Below, piece after piece: positions 7,623 through 17,363 of a stretch of DNA of 64,000 nucleotides. The stretch is taken from the NCBI GenBank assembly GCA_046757665.1, contig JBHHYO010000001.1:1-64000 (forward strand), given 5' to 3'. Numbering within the stretch: position 1 is the first letter of the stretch; every line of letters starts with the position of its first letter. A program made the translations under genes and the position numbers. The stretch is from Nitrospinales bacterium. GTDB taxonomy: Bacteria; Nitrospinota; Nitrospinia; Nitrospinales; JAJDAT01. The notes under the pieces were generated by a model. It made no database searches, was not told the DNA's origin, and saw only the letters and a list, made by a program, of their open reading frames with translations.

Positions 7623-10547
7623 ATGACTATGGAACTTCACGGTACGTATCACGGATTTGAATTGCTCCGCCGGGAGGAGGTGCCCGAGCTGAAATCCCTG
7701 GCTCTGCAATTCCGGCACGCGGCCACCGGCGCGGAACTGCTGGTGCTGGAAAACGATGACGACAACAAGGTGTTCAGCGTCACGTTTCGCACCCCGCCGG
7801 CCAACGACCGGGGGGTGGCGCACATTCTCGAACACAGCGTTTTGTGCGGCTCCAGAAAATACCCGGTGAAGGAGCCGTTCATGGAGATGGTGAAGGGAAG
7901 CCTGAAAACCTTCCTCAACGCCATGACCTTCCCCGATAAGACCATGTACCCCGTCGCCAGCCGCAATCGCAAGGATTTGTTTAACCTGATGAGCGTGTAC
8001 CTGGACGCGGTGTTTTTCCCGAAAATCACGCGAGAAACTTTCATGCAGGAAGGCTGGCATCACGAACTGGAGGCCGCCGACGCGGAAGCCGTTTACAAGG
8101 GCGTGGTGTTCAACGAAATGAAGGGCGCGTTCTCCGATCCGGAAAGCCTCATCGACCGCCACCTCTCCCACGCCCTGTTTCCGGACACGGTTTACGGCCA
8201 TGAGTCCGGCGGCGACCCGGAGCGCATCCCGGACCTGACCTACGAGGAGTTCCGCGAGTTTCATGAGAAATATTACCATCCCGCCAACAGCCGGTTGTTT
8301 CTTTACGGCGACGGTTGCACGACGGATTATTTGCAATTCATTCATGAGGGGTACTTGAAGGAATTTTCCGCCAACGGCAAAACCGATTCCCGAATCGATT
8401 TCCAGAAACGTTTTCAGGCGCCGCGGCGCGAGGCGATCCCGTATTCCATCGCCCGCGGCGAGTCGCCGGACAAAAAAACCTATGTGACGCTGGGGATGGC
8501 GCTGGGCCGGGCGGACGACCGGGAACACTGCCTGGCGTTCACCATCTTGAGCCATCTCCTGCTCGGCACCCCCGCCTCGCCCTTGCGGAAGGCCCTGATC
8601 GATTCCGGCCTGGGGTCCGAGGTGGTCGGCGGCGGGTTCGACTCGCAACGCGCCGAAACCTCGTTTACCGTGGGCTTGAAGGGAACGGAAAAGGAAAACG
8701 AGACAGAAATCCTCGAACTGATCGACTCCACCCTGAACCACTTGGCCGAACAGGGCATTGAGGAAGACATGGTCACGGCGGCGGTGAACACCATCGACTT
8801 CAAACTGCGCGAGGCCAACTATGGCGGATTTCCCAAGGGCATCGTTTACAACATTCAAGCCCTCGGCTCCTGGTTGTACGACGCCGACCCGCTGATGCAC
8901 CTGAAATACGAAGACCTGATGCGCAAGATCAAGGAGGAATCGAAACGCGGCTATTTTGAACATTTGATCCGGCGTTACTTGCTCGACAATCCGCACCGAT
9001 GCGTTGTGGTGGCGGAGCCCCGCCCCGGCCTCACCGAGGAGAAGGAAGAAAAAACGCGGCAAAAGCTGAAAGACTTCAAGGCGTCCCTGAAACCGCAGGA
9101 GGTGACGCGGTTGGTGGAAAAAACCAAGCTCCTGCAAGAACTTCAACAAACCCCGGACTCCCCGGAGGCCCTCGCCACCCTTCCCAAGTTGCGGTTGGAC
9201 GACCTGGAGAAGAACTCGACCCGGTATCCCCTGGAAATCAGGAAGGACAACAACATTCTTTTTCACGATTTGTTCACCAACCGGATCGGCTATGTGCAGG
9301 TCGGGTTCGATGCGCGGGCCGTTCCCCTGGACAAGGTTCCCTATCTCTCCCTGCTCGGCACGCTCATTCTTGAGATGGGGACCAAAAAACATGACTACGT
9401 GGAAATCTCGCGGATGCTGGGCATTCATACGGGCGGCATTCGCACCTCGCATTTTTCCTCGGCGCACCTCAACGACTCCAGCCGGATCCTGTCGCGCATT
9501 TTCTTCAACGGCAAGGCGGTGGTGGACAAGCTGGACAAGCTGTTCGACCTTTACGCCGAACTGCTCGGCGACTACGAGTTCGACAACCCCAAGCGCCTGG
9601 TGGAGATCATCCGTAGCGCCAAGGCGGACATGGAGGCCTCCATCATTCCCGCGGGCAACCAGTACGTTGCCGCGCGGCTGAACTCCTACCATTCGCGGAT
9701 CGGCAAATACGATGAGATCGCCGGCGGGTTGACCTCTTACTATTTTCTGGAAAACCTGCTCCAGCGGGTGGAGAAAAATCCGCAAGAGGTTGCCGCCGAG
9801 TTCAAGCAGGTGGCGGAACTGATTTTTACCCGGGAAAACATGCTGGTCAACATCACCTCGGAGGCGGCGGATTACCCCGTGTTCGAGAAAAAAGTGAACG
9901 CCCTGGCCGAGCGGTTTCCGGAGCGCAACGGGGACCCCCTTTGTCTGGAGTTTCCGCCGCAACCCGCCAACGAAGCGTTTTTGACGGCCAGTTCCGTTCA
10001 ATATGTCGGCAGGGGAGCCAACCTGTACTCCCTGGGGTTCGAGTACACCGGGCATTTCAATGTCCTGCGTTCGGTTTTGAACACCGGTTTTCTCTGGGAG
10101 AAAGTGCGTATGCAGGGGGGCGCGTACGGTTGCTCGGCTTCGTTCGATGCCTACAGCGGCGATTTCGGGCTGGTGTCCTACCGCGACCCCAACCTGTCGG
10201 AGACGCTGGCGGTTTACGACGAGATCGCCGGTTTTATCGCCGGCCTCGAACTGTCGCGCGAGGAGCTGGACAAATCCATCGTCGGTTGCGTGGGCAATCT
10301 CGACCCGTCCCTGAGCCCGGACCGCAAGGGATATGTTTCCATGGTGGAGTACCTGACCGGCCTGACCCATGAAACCAAGCAACGCTACCGCGACGAAGTG
10401 TTGAGCACGACGTTGAAGGACATTAAAGCCTTTGCCGCCGTATTCGAGGAGTTAAAGAAGAGCGGCAGTGTTTGTGTTTTGGGAAACGAAAACAAGATCA
10501 GGGAATCGGACGGCCGGTTCGACCGCCTGGTGAAAGTGTTTCACTAA
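7623..10547 (+). CDS. M16C insulinase-family (PreP-like) zinc peptidase
   Basis: HILEH inverted zinc motif, LCGSRKYPVKEPF, KGVVFNEMKG, WEKVRMQGGAYG and SYRDP. Start at ATG 7623 chosen from the GAGG SD (7611 and 7629 are alternatives). Confidence 0.93.
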   Translation: MTMELHGTYHGFELLRREEVPELKSLALQFRHAATGAELLVLENDDDNKVFSVTFRTPPANDRGVAHILEHSVLCGSRKYPVKEPFMEMVKGSLKTFLNAMTFPDKTMYPVASRNRKDLFNLMSVYLDAVFFPKITRETFMQEGWHHELEAADAEAVYKGVVFNEMKGAFSDPESLIDRHLSHALFPDTVYGHESGGDPERIPDLTYEEFREFHEKYYHPANSRLFLYGDGCTTDYLQFIHEGYLKEFSANGKTDSRIDFQKRFQAPRREAIPYSIARGESPDKKTYVTLGMALGRADDREHCLAFTILSHLLLGTPASPLRKALIDSGLGSEVVGGGFDSQRAETSFTVGLKGTEKENETEILELIDSTLNHLAEQGIEEDMVTAAVNTIDFKLREANYGGFPKGIVYNIQALGSWLYDADPLMHLKYEDLMRKIKEESKRGYFEHLIRRYLLDNPHRCVVVAEPRPGLTEEKEEKTRQKLKDFKASLKPQEVTRLVEKTKLLQELQQTPDSPEALATLPKLRLDDLEKNSTRYPLEIRKDNNILFHDLFTNRIGYVQVGFDARAVPLDKVPYLSLLGTLILEMGTKKHDYVEISRMLGIHTGGIRTSHFSSAHLNDSSRILSRIFFNGKAVVDKLDKLFDLYAELLGDYEFDNPKRLVEIIRSAKADMEASIIPAGNQYVAARLNSYHSRIGKYDEIAGGLTSYYFLENLLQRVEKNPQEVAAEFKQVAELIFTRENMLVNITSEAADYPVFEKKVNALAERFPERNGDPLCLEFPPQPANEAFLTASSVQYVGRGANLYSLGFEYTGHFNVLRSVLNTGFLWEKVRMQGGAYGCSASFDAYSGDFGLVSYRDPNLSETLAVYDEIAGFIAGLELSREELDKSIVGCVGNLDPSLSPDRKGYVSMVEYLTGLTHETKQRYRDEVLSTTLKDIKAFAAVFEELKKSGSVCVLGNENKIRESDGRFDRLVKVFH

Positions 10548-10584
10548 GCGTGAACTCGGGCGGCGGGACGTTGCGGGCGCCGTC

Positions 10585-11118
10585 TCAATCCGCGGGTTTG
10601 CCCAGCGAGGTTTCGATGGCGTCGAGTCCCTTGCGGGCGCAGGCTTCATCCAGTTGGGCGCCGGGCGCGCCGCCGACGCCGATTCCCCCGACCACCTGCC
10701 CGGCGATTTTGATGGGGAGTCCGCCGCCGAGGATCAGGATATTTTCATTCATATCCCGCAGCGCCTGAATGGCAGGGATTTTGACGATGAGTCCGGCCAG
10801 CTCCTGGGTCGAGCGGCCGAGGCTGGAGGCGGTGTAGGCTTTTTTCCGGCTACTGTCCAGGGTGTGGGGCCCGGCGCCGTCTTCCCGAAGCAACGCCTGA
10901 ACGTTGCCGCCGCGGTCCACCACGGCGGCGCTCACCCGGTAGCCGTCCTTCCGGCATTGCGTCACGGCGGCGTTTGCGGCCTTTTGCGCCAGGGACAGGG
11001 GCAACTCCCGCGTCTGCCACAGTTCGTCGGCGGCGGACACATACGCCGGCCAGGCAACCGCCATCAAGATTATGACCGGAAAGACCAACCGCAGGCCGTT
11101 CGCAACGCCCTTTAACAT
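10585..11118 (-). CDS. Exported heme-binding protein, GlcG/HbpS family
   Basis: AAVVDRGG, SRKKAYTA, GGGLPI...GGIGVGGA..LDEACA; N-terminal signal-peptide-like segment. Confidence 0.88.
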   Translation of the reverse strand: MLKGVANGLRLVFPVIILMAVAWPAYVSAADELWQTRELPLSLAQKAANAAVTQCRKDGYRVSAAVVDRGGNVQALLREDGAGPHTLDSSRKKAYTASSLGRSTQELAGLIVKIPAIQALRDMNENILILGGGLPIKIAGQVVGGIGVGGAPGAQLDEACARKGLDAIETSLGKPAD

Positions 11119-11239
11119 ATCTCGCTCTGCCTCCAATGAAAACCGGTTGACGACAGCGTCCGGAACAAAAATCCGCGCGCGGAATCGAGAACCTATTTTA
11201 ACCGAAATCGCCGCCGCGAAACCGGAAAAATTTTTCCTG

Positions 11240-11812
11240 TCAGAGCAGTGATTTGGCGAACGCGAACGCCTCTTTCATTTTCGGCAGTTGGCCGAGGTTG
11301 GGCACGATTTCCAGGTAACGCACCACCCCTTCGCGGTCGAGCACGATAATGGCCCGTGTCAACAGGCGGTTTTCGTCGATCAGCAGTCCCGTGGATTTGC
11401 CGAAATCGGCGTCGCGGTAATCGGACAGGAAAAGCAGGTTTTCGATTTTGGCGTTTTTGGAAAAACGTTGTTGCGCGAACGGCAGGTCGCGGCTGATGGT
11501 CACCAGCGTGGCGTCCAGGCCGCCGTTTTCCTCGCTTAAAATATGCGTCTGCTTGTCGCAGGTGGAGGTATCCAGGGAAGGCACGACGCTGAGGATGGCC
11601 ACTCGTCCCCGGAGCGACCGCAGGTTAATCATTTTGAGAGCCATGTTGGGCAGGGAAAGGTTCGGCAGGGGTTGCCCCACCCGCAGGGGCTGGCCCGTCA
11701 GGTTCAGCGCTTTGCCGCGCAGAGTGACCTGCCGCGTTTCCGATGCCTGAACCGCGGACACGGCAAGGGTTGCAAAAACACAGACAATAAAGATAAACCG
11801 ATTTCTGGACAT
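11240..11812 (-). CDS. tpx: Exported thiol peroxidase (Tpx family)
   Basis: VPSLDTSTCDKQT peroxidatic motif, SRDLPFAQ and RAIIVLD; signal peptide ending AVQA; GGAGG SD upstream. Confidence 0.85.
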   Translation of the reverse strand: MSRNRFIFIVCVFATLAVSAVQASETRQVTLRGKALNLTGQPLRVGQPLPNLSLPNMALKMINLRSLRGRVAILSVVPSLDTSTCDKQTHILSEENGGLDATLVTISRDLPFAQQRFSKNAKIENLLFLSDYRDADFGKSTGLLIDENRLLTRAIIVLDREGVVRYLEIVPNLGQLPKMKEAFAFAKSLL

Positions 11813-12067
11813 GGCGATATCCTCCTTCCCGGATTCGAGAAAATACTTGAAACGGGCGCCCACGCGCTCCTATTTTAGAGAGCGCCCGCCGGGGAAAAGG
11901 TTTGGATTTTTGTTTTCCACACGGCAATCATGCCGCCGCGCCCCGGTTTTATTTGCTTTCCCTGGTTCGGCCCTTGTGGTAAATTTCATTTTTAATTTCC
12001 CGCGCACCGGCGGAACCTTCCAGAAAGGGTGGCATGAGGTTTGATCGGCCGAAACGACCGGAAAGCG

Positions 12068-13810
12068 ATGGATAAACCGCCGGTAACAGAACGATTCCGC
12101 GTCCCCCCGGAAACGAATATTTATCTGTTGCTCCTTGCCGTCTTCTATTTTTTCTTTCTTCTGCTGACTCCTCTGGGAACCCACGTCAGTTTTGTGCCCC
12201 ACGGCCTGGAGCCGCGCGGCGTTTACAATGTGCTCAAGATAGACGCCGGCGACGACGCGGGTTATTTCGCCTACCTGCGGTCGATGTTCATCGACCGCGA
12301 CATCGATTTTTTCAACGAGCCTTATTACATTCATCGGAACCGGGTGACCGGCACCGGTTATGTGTTCAACCAATGGAACATCGGGCCGGCGGTGCTCTGG
12401 TTGCCTTTTTTCCTGTTGGCGCATGGGGTCACCAAAATTTACAACCTGCTGGGCGTTCCCCTGGCGCAAGACGGGTTGTCGTTCGTCTATTTTTCCAGCA
12501 CGGCTTTGGGCTCGGCCACTTACGTTTATCTCGGCCTGGTTTTACACTTTATGATTCTGCGGCAGTGGTTTTCCAGGCGAGCCGCCTTTGGGTCGGTGAC
12601 CCTGTTTTTTCTCGCCACGCCCCTGCTGTATTTCACCTTCATCCGATCGCGCATGGCCCATGCGGACGATTATTTTTTGACCTGCCTGTTCATTTTTATT
12701 TGGTTGCGCTTTCGCTCGGCGCCCTCGACGCGCAAAAGCATTTTGCTCGGCCTGGCCGGCGGGCTCATGATTTTGACGCGGATCAATTCCATCTGTTTTC
12801 TGGCGTTGCCGGCGTATGACGTTTGCGTCCGGTGTTATCGCCAGTTCAAGGCCAACGGGACCGTTGACTGGCCCTATTTGCGGTATTCTTTTTGGAGCCT
12901 GCTTTTCTGCGCGCTGGTTTATTCGGTGCAGATGAGCGCGAACCTTGTCTTGTCGGGAACGTTCGGCGCGGACGCGCGCTCGGGACTGGTGCTGGACACG
13001 ATATTCTCCCCGGACGTGTTGCAGAGGCTTTTGACCAACCCCATCCGCATTCTCTGGGGTTCCAACTGGGGATTGTTCTGGCACGCGCCCGTTTATATTT
13101 TCGCCGCCGGCGGATTGCATGGTTTTGTCAAGCGCAATAAAGGCGTCGGCCTGCCCCTGCTGGCGGCTCTTGCCATTCCGCTGGTTCTGGCGTGGGTCTG
13201 GCCACATCACGGGATTTCGTTCGGACAGCGCCACCTGTTGACCACCAACGTTATTTTTTCGTTCGGCCTTGCCTGGTTGTTCGACGCTTGCAAGGGAACC
13301 CGGAAATTTTCGGCTCTTGTCACGGTCTCCGTGTTGTTGATCGTTTGGAACTATATTCAAATCTGCTTTTATAAAATCGTCATCCCTTATTACAGTTCCC
13401 ACTTTGTCCTTCAGGTTGTTCAATCCCTGCGCATTCTTTTTCCCATTCCGGAATTACTGTTGCGGGGGGAGAATTTCTTTTTCCTGATTTTTCATCCCAA
13501 CTTTCAGATCAAAACGTATCTCGATTACTACCTTCTGGTCTTGTTCCCCCTGTTCCAACTGATGGCCCCGCTAATCCTTCTGTTTACAGGGGGTTATATT
13601 TGGGCTAAAATGAGCCAGTGCCTTGAGTTCAAGAAGCGAATCGTTGAACCCGTGATAATAATCATGACGCTGTTTTTTGTGGGGCTGGGCGTGATAATCC
13701 AAACCTGGAACGATCGTAAATCTCCGGAATTCATTGCCCAGCGGAAAGCCCGGGTGGCGGCGCAGGCGGCCGGCGGAACGAATCCACAAACAAGGCTGGA
13801 GCGCCGGTGA
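12068..13810 (+). CDS. Polytopic membrane glycosyltransferase, GT-C-like
   Basis: Acidic GDDAGYFAYLRS loop after the first TM and many hydrophobic segments; lies upstream of a GT2 and DUF2304. Start uncertain (12041 TTG or 12068 ATG). Confidence 0.65.
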   Translation: MDKPPVTERFRVPPETNIYLLLLAVFYFFFLLLTPLGTHVSFVPHGLEPRGVYNVLKIDAGDDAGYFAYLRSMFIDRDIDFFNEPYYIHRNRVTGTGYVFNQWNIGPAVLWLPFFLLAHGVTKIYNLLGVPLAQDGLSFVYFSSTALGSATYVYLGLVLHFMILRQWFSRRAAFGSVTLFFLATPLLYFTFIRSRMAHADDYFLTCLFIFIWLRFRSAPSTRKSILLGLAGGLMILTRINSICFLALPAYDVCVRCYRQFKANGTVDWPYLRYSFWSLLFCALVYSVQMSANLVLSGTFGADARSGLVLDTIFSPDVLQRLLTNPIRILWGSNWGLFWHAPVYIFAAGGLHGFVKRNKGVGLPLLAALAIPLVLAWVWPHHGISFGQRHLLTTNVIFSFGLAWLFDACKGTRKFSALVTVSVLLIVWNYIQICFYKIVIPYYSSHFVLQVVQSLRILFPIPELLLRGENFFFLIFHPNFQIKTYLDYYLLVLFPLFQLMAPLILLFTGGYIWAKMSQCLEFKKRIVEPVIIIMTLFFVGLGVIIQTWNDRKSPEFIAQRKARVAAQAAGGTNPQTRLERR

Positions 13811-14634
13811 TCAAGGCTCAGGAATCAAGACCCGCAAGTTCTTTCATTTCCGATTCCACGGTTTCCCGGGAGGAAAACCGTCCCCGGAATGTTGCGAAAC
13901 AAACGCGCGATTTGCCCTTGACGGAATCCAAAAAAATTTTAATCGTCATTCCGGCGTTCAACGAAGCGGCAAACATCGGCAAAGTGCTGGAAGAGGTCAA
14001 GCGGGAGGTTCCGGATATTCCCGTGCTTCTTGTTAACGACGGTTCGTCCGACGAGACGGAGCGCATCGCCGGGGAGCGGGGGGCCAAGGTCATCAACATG
14101 CCCTTCAACTCCGGTTACGGCGTGGCCCTGCAAACCGGGTTTATCTATGCGTTGCAAAAAAAATATTCCGTGGTCCTGCACATGGACGCCGACGGCCAGC
14201 ATGACGCCCGTTTCATAAAACCTCTGCTCCGGGAGATCGAAAAAGACGATGTGGACGTGGTCATCGGCTCTCGCTTTCTGGGAGCCTGCAAGTACGAAGT
14301 GTCTCTTCCGAGACGCCTGGGGATGCTCTTTTTCGGAGGGATTGCCTCTCTGATCACCGGCCAGAGAGTGACGGACCCCACGTCCGGATTTCAGGTCATC
14401 AAGGGCAAAACGATTGCCTTTGCCGCCGGCGACTTTTATCCGCCCGATTATCCCGACGCCGATTTCATTATCATGTTGCACCGGCACGGATTTAAAATCC
14501 GGGAAATCCCGGTCACCATGCACCCGAACGCCCAAAACAAGTCGATGCACCGGGGCCACAAAACGCTGTACTATGTTTTTAAAATGATCTTGTCGATTGC
14601 GGTCACCCTGCTGAGAAAAAAAACCGGAGACTGA
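13807..14634 (+). CDS. GT2 glycosyltransferase (polyprenol-phosphate glycosyltransferase, DPM1-like)
   Basis: IPAFNE, VNDGSSD, DADGQH, GSRF and DPTSGF motifs. Confidence 0.9.
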   Translation: MIKAQESRPASSFISDSTVSREENRPRNVAKQTRDLPLTESKKILIVIPAFNEAANIGKVLEEVKREVPDIPVLLVNDGSSDETERIAGERGAKVINMPFNSGYGVALQTGFIYALQKKYSVVLHMDADGQHDARFIKPLLREIEKDDVDVVIGSRFLGACKYEVSLPRRLGMLFFGGIASLITGQRVTDPTSGFQVIKGKTIAFAAGDFYPPDYPDADFIIMLHRHGFKIREIPVTMHPNAQNKSMHRGHKTLYYVFKMILSIAVTLLRKKTGD

Positions 14635-14639
14635 TTCCC

Positions 14640-15056
14640 ATGCCGCCGCGAATTAAAATCATCGCCATCCTGATCAGCGTTTTTCTGGTGGCCTACGTTT
14701 TTGAGCTGGTACGGCGAAAACACCTGACCGAGGAGTATTCGATGGGTTGGCTGGTCACCGGCTCGGCGATGCTGGTGCTGTCCGTTTTCGATGAGGTGCT
14801 GAAATGGGTTTCCAATCTTGTCGGGGCCACGTTGTTCACGTCCACCCTGTTCTTTTTTGGGCTGGTGTTTCTGGTGGTGATCTGCCTGCACTTTTCCATT
14901 CGGATTTCCGCGCTGACGCTTCAGGTGCGCCGGTTGACGCAGAACATGGCCATTCTTTACCACGACAAGGCGGAGTTGGAAAACGCGGCGGCGAGCCGCG
15001 CCGCACCCAGTTCTCCTCCGGGAATCAAGGATTTTGAAAGTTTTAAGAACGATTGA
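14640..15056 (+). CDS. DUF2304-family membrane protein
   Basis: ELVRRKHLTEEYSMGWL, three TM segments and a RRLTQNMAIL tail; usual partner of DPM1-like GT2. Confidence 0.8.
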   Translation: MPPRIKIIAILISVFLVAYVFELVRRKHLTEEYSMGWLVTGSAMLVLSVFDEVLKWVSNLVGATLFTSTLFFFGLVFLVVICLHFSIRISALTLQVRRLTQNMAILYHDKAELENAAASRAAPSSPPGIKDFESFKND

Positions 15057-16169
15057 GACGTTCCTTCCCTACGTTTGCGGCCCCGCCAACCAGGCTTTCC
15101 AGATATCCGACCGGTTGGAAGGGCTTGGCATTCATTCGCCGGTATTGACGACCTATTGCGACGTCGATCCCGCGCTTCCGGCAGAGGAGACCATCGGGCG
15201 TACGCGGATCCTGCGCGTCCGCGGCCGGTTGCAAGTCATGCGTTACCACGTAAGCCCCGGCATGATCCGGCATCTGGACGATTTCGATATTCTGCACGCC
15301 CACAACTACCGCAATTTCCAGACCGACTGCGGTTTTTTTTTGCCTCGTTGAAGGGCAGGCCCCGCGTGCTCAATACGCACGGCTCCCTTCTGGGTTACAG
15401 GAAATATCTCCCCGCGGGATTTCAGCGCCTGCCCTACGAGGTTTATGATCGGCTGACTTTCAAGCGGGCGGCAAAAGCGGCCGATGCCGTTGTCGTGTCG
15501 TCGAAATTTGAATACGAAGATGCCGTGGAGTTTGGTATCGACAGAAAAAAATTGCGCGTTATCCCGATGGGGATCGATATCGAACCCTTGCCGGAGCGGC
15601 GGGGCGGGGAAGGGGATGCGGCGTTACAGCTCTTGTTTGTGGGGCGGCTGGCGCGGGTGCGCCGCGTGGAACTGTTGCTCCAGGCGGCGGCGAAACTGTC
15701 CTTCCCTTACCATGTGACGATCGTCGGCGGCGAGGAAAAAACCGCCGGCCTGTCGCCGTCGGGCTATCTGGACGAATTGAAAAAACTTTGCGGCGACCTG
15801 GGAATCGCGGAGCATGTAACATTCGCCGGCGCGCAACCGCCGGAGGCGGTAAGAAACTTTTACCGCGAGGCGGATGTTTTTGTGTATCCCTCGCTGTACG
15901 AAAATTTCGGCCAGCCGGTTCTGGAGGCGGCGGCGGCGGGACTGCCGGTGGTCGCCACCGGCGTGGGCGTCGCCCGGGAGATCGTCCGCGACGGCGAGAC
16001 CGGTTTTCTGGTTCCCGGCGAACCGGAGCGCATCGCCGAACGAATCAAAATCCTTGCCGAACCGGCAACCCGGGCGGCTTTCGGAAACGCCATCCGCGCA
16101 ACCGTCCAAAAAGATTTTTCATGGGATGACATCATTCAACGCTATGTCGATCTCTATAAATCCTTTTAA
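15034..16169 (+). pseudogene. GT4 glycosyltransferase split by a frameshift at a T9 tract
   Basis: ORF 15034-15351 encodes the GT4 N-terminus and a second frame encodes the rest (NTHG, FVGRL, YENFGQPVLEA). One extra T at 15333-15341 joins them. Confidence 0.8.
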
Positions 16170-16173
16170 CCGG

Positions 16174-16866
16174 TCATTTTCTATTCGTTAAATACCGAAA
16201 CATTTCTTCAAGAATCTTAATCACCGAAGTGAATTTAACGGTAGATTCTCCTTTTCTCCTGTCAATCAGTTCCACGGGTATTTCGACTGTTTTCACGTTT
16301 CTTTTTTTGAGTTCATTCAAAAGTTCCGCGTCGATGAACCATCCATTGGAGCGCAAGGTCAAGGTTTTTAACAGGTCCAGCTTAAGTAGCTTAAAGGCGG
16401 AATTGATATGCTTTTGTTTCAACCCAAAAACACATTTTAAGAGCGTGTTGTAACCAAGGGACATAATCCTTCTGGAAATATGTCTTTTGTCCTCGGACCG
16501 ATAACTTAGTACACAGTTATATTTGTCGAGCAAGGGAATGGCATCAAAAACCTTTTCCAATTTGAACGGGATATCCGGAGTGATGACCCAGACCAGATCC
16601 ATTTCCGCATGTGCAAACCCCAGTTTTAAGGCGGAACCAAAACCCTCCCTTTTTTTTTGATGGAATACTTTCAAACAAGGGTTTTCCCGGGCAAAGGAAT
16701 CAACAAGTTTTGAGCTGTTGTCCGTGCTTCCGCTTTCAACAACAATAATTTCCCATTTTGAAAAGGCCTTTTTCAAAAAGGAAGATATTTCGGTTAAAGC
16801 GTCTACGACGACACTTTCTTCATTATAGACGGGGAAGATAACGGATACTGAGTAGCGGTCGATCAC
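16174..16866 (-). CDS. GT2 glycosyltransferase
   Basis: SVIFPVYNEE, ESGSTD, GFGSALKLG and FIDAEL motifs. Confidence 0.85.
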   Translation of the reverse strand: MIDRYSVSVIFPVYNEESVVVDALTEISSFLKKAFSKWEIIVVESGSTDNSSKLVDSFARENPCLKVFHQKKREGFGSALKLGFAHAEMDLVWVITPDIPFKLEKVFDAIPLLDKYNCVLSYRSEDKRHISRRIMSLGYNTLLKCVFGLKQKHINSAFKLLKLDLLKTLTLRSNGWFIDAELLNELKKRNVKTVEIPVELIDRRKGESTVKFTSVIKILEEMFRYLTNRK

Positions 16867-16868
16867 TT

Positions 16869-17363
16869 TTATGCGGGGACTTCCTTTTGTTTTTGTCTCA
16901 TGTATTTGTATAACTCCTCGCTATTGAGGAATTGTTTCAACTTCCTGGCCGGGTTCCCGGCATAAATGGAAAAAGGTTCAATATCCTGCGTTACCACCGC
17001 TCCGGCGCCGACTATGGCGTATTCACCTATAGTGACTCCTCCAACTATGGTCGCGCTGGTTCCGATGCTGGCGCCTTTTTTCACCAGCGTTTTAAGATAT
17101 TCCACCCGCTTTTTTGATCGAGGATATAAATCGTTGGTGAACATGACCCCATGGGAAATGAAAACGTTGTCTTCCAGGGTTACGGAATCACAAAGAAACG
17201 AATGGCTTTCAATGGTGCAGTTTTTTCCGATAAGGGTGTTTCTGGTGATTTCTACAAAAGGACCCACAAAGGAATTGTCGCCGATCTCACAATCGAAGAT
17301 ATTCACCTGATCGGGGTTAAAGATTTTAACGTTTTTCCCCAAAATCACGTTATCGTCTATCAC
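16869..17363 (-). CDS. Hexapeptide-repeat N-acyltransferase (sugar N-acetyltransferase type)
   Basis: Left-handed beta-helix repeats; HGVMFTNDLYPRS and GAGAVVTQD...GNPAR. Confidence 0.88.
   Translation of the reverse strand: MIDDNVILGKNVKIFNPDQVNIFDCEIGDNSFVGPFVEITRNTLIGKNCTIESHSFLCDSVTLEDNVFISHGVMFTNDLYPRSKKRVEYLKTLVKKGASIGTSATIVGGVTIGEYAIVGAGAVVTQDIEPFSIYAGNPARKLKQFLNSEELYKYMRQKQKEVPA

Noticed and set aside
7560-10382. Long antisense ORFs (940 aa here; also 484-1554, 36701-37807, 50413-51918, 53957-55252)
   Set aside because: Shadows of well-supported genes in GC-rich DNA, with no recognisable motifs.
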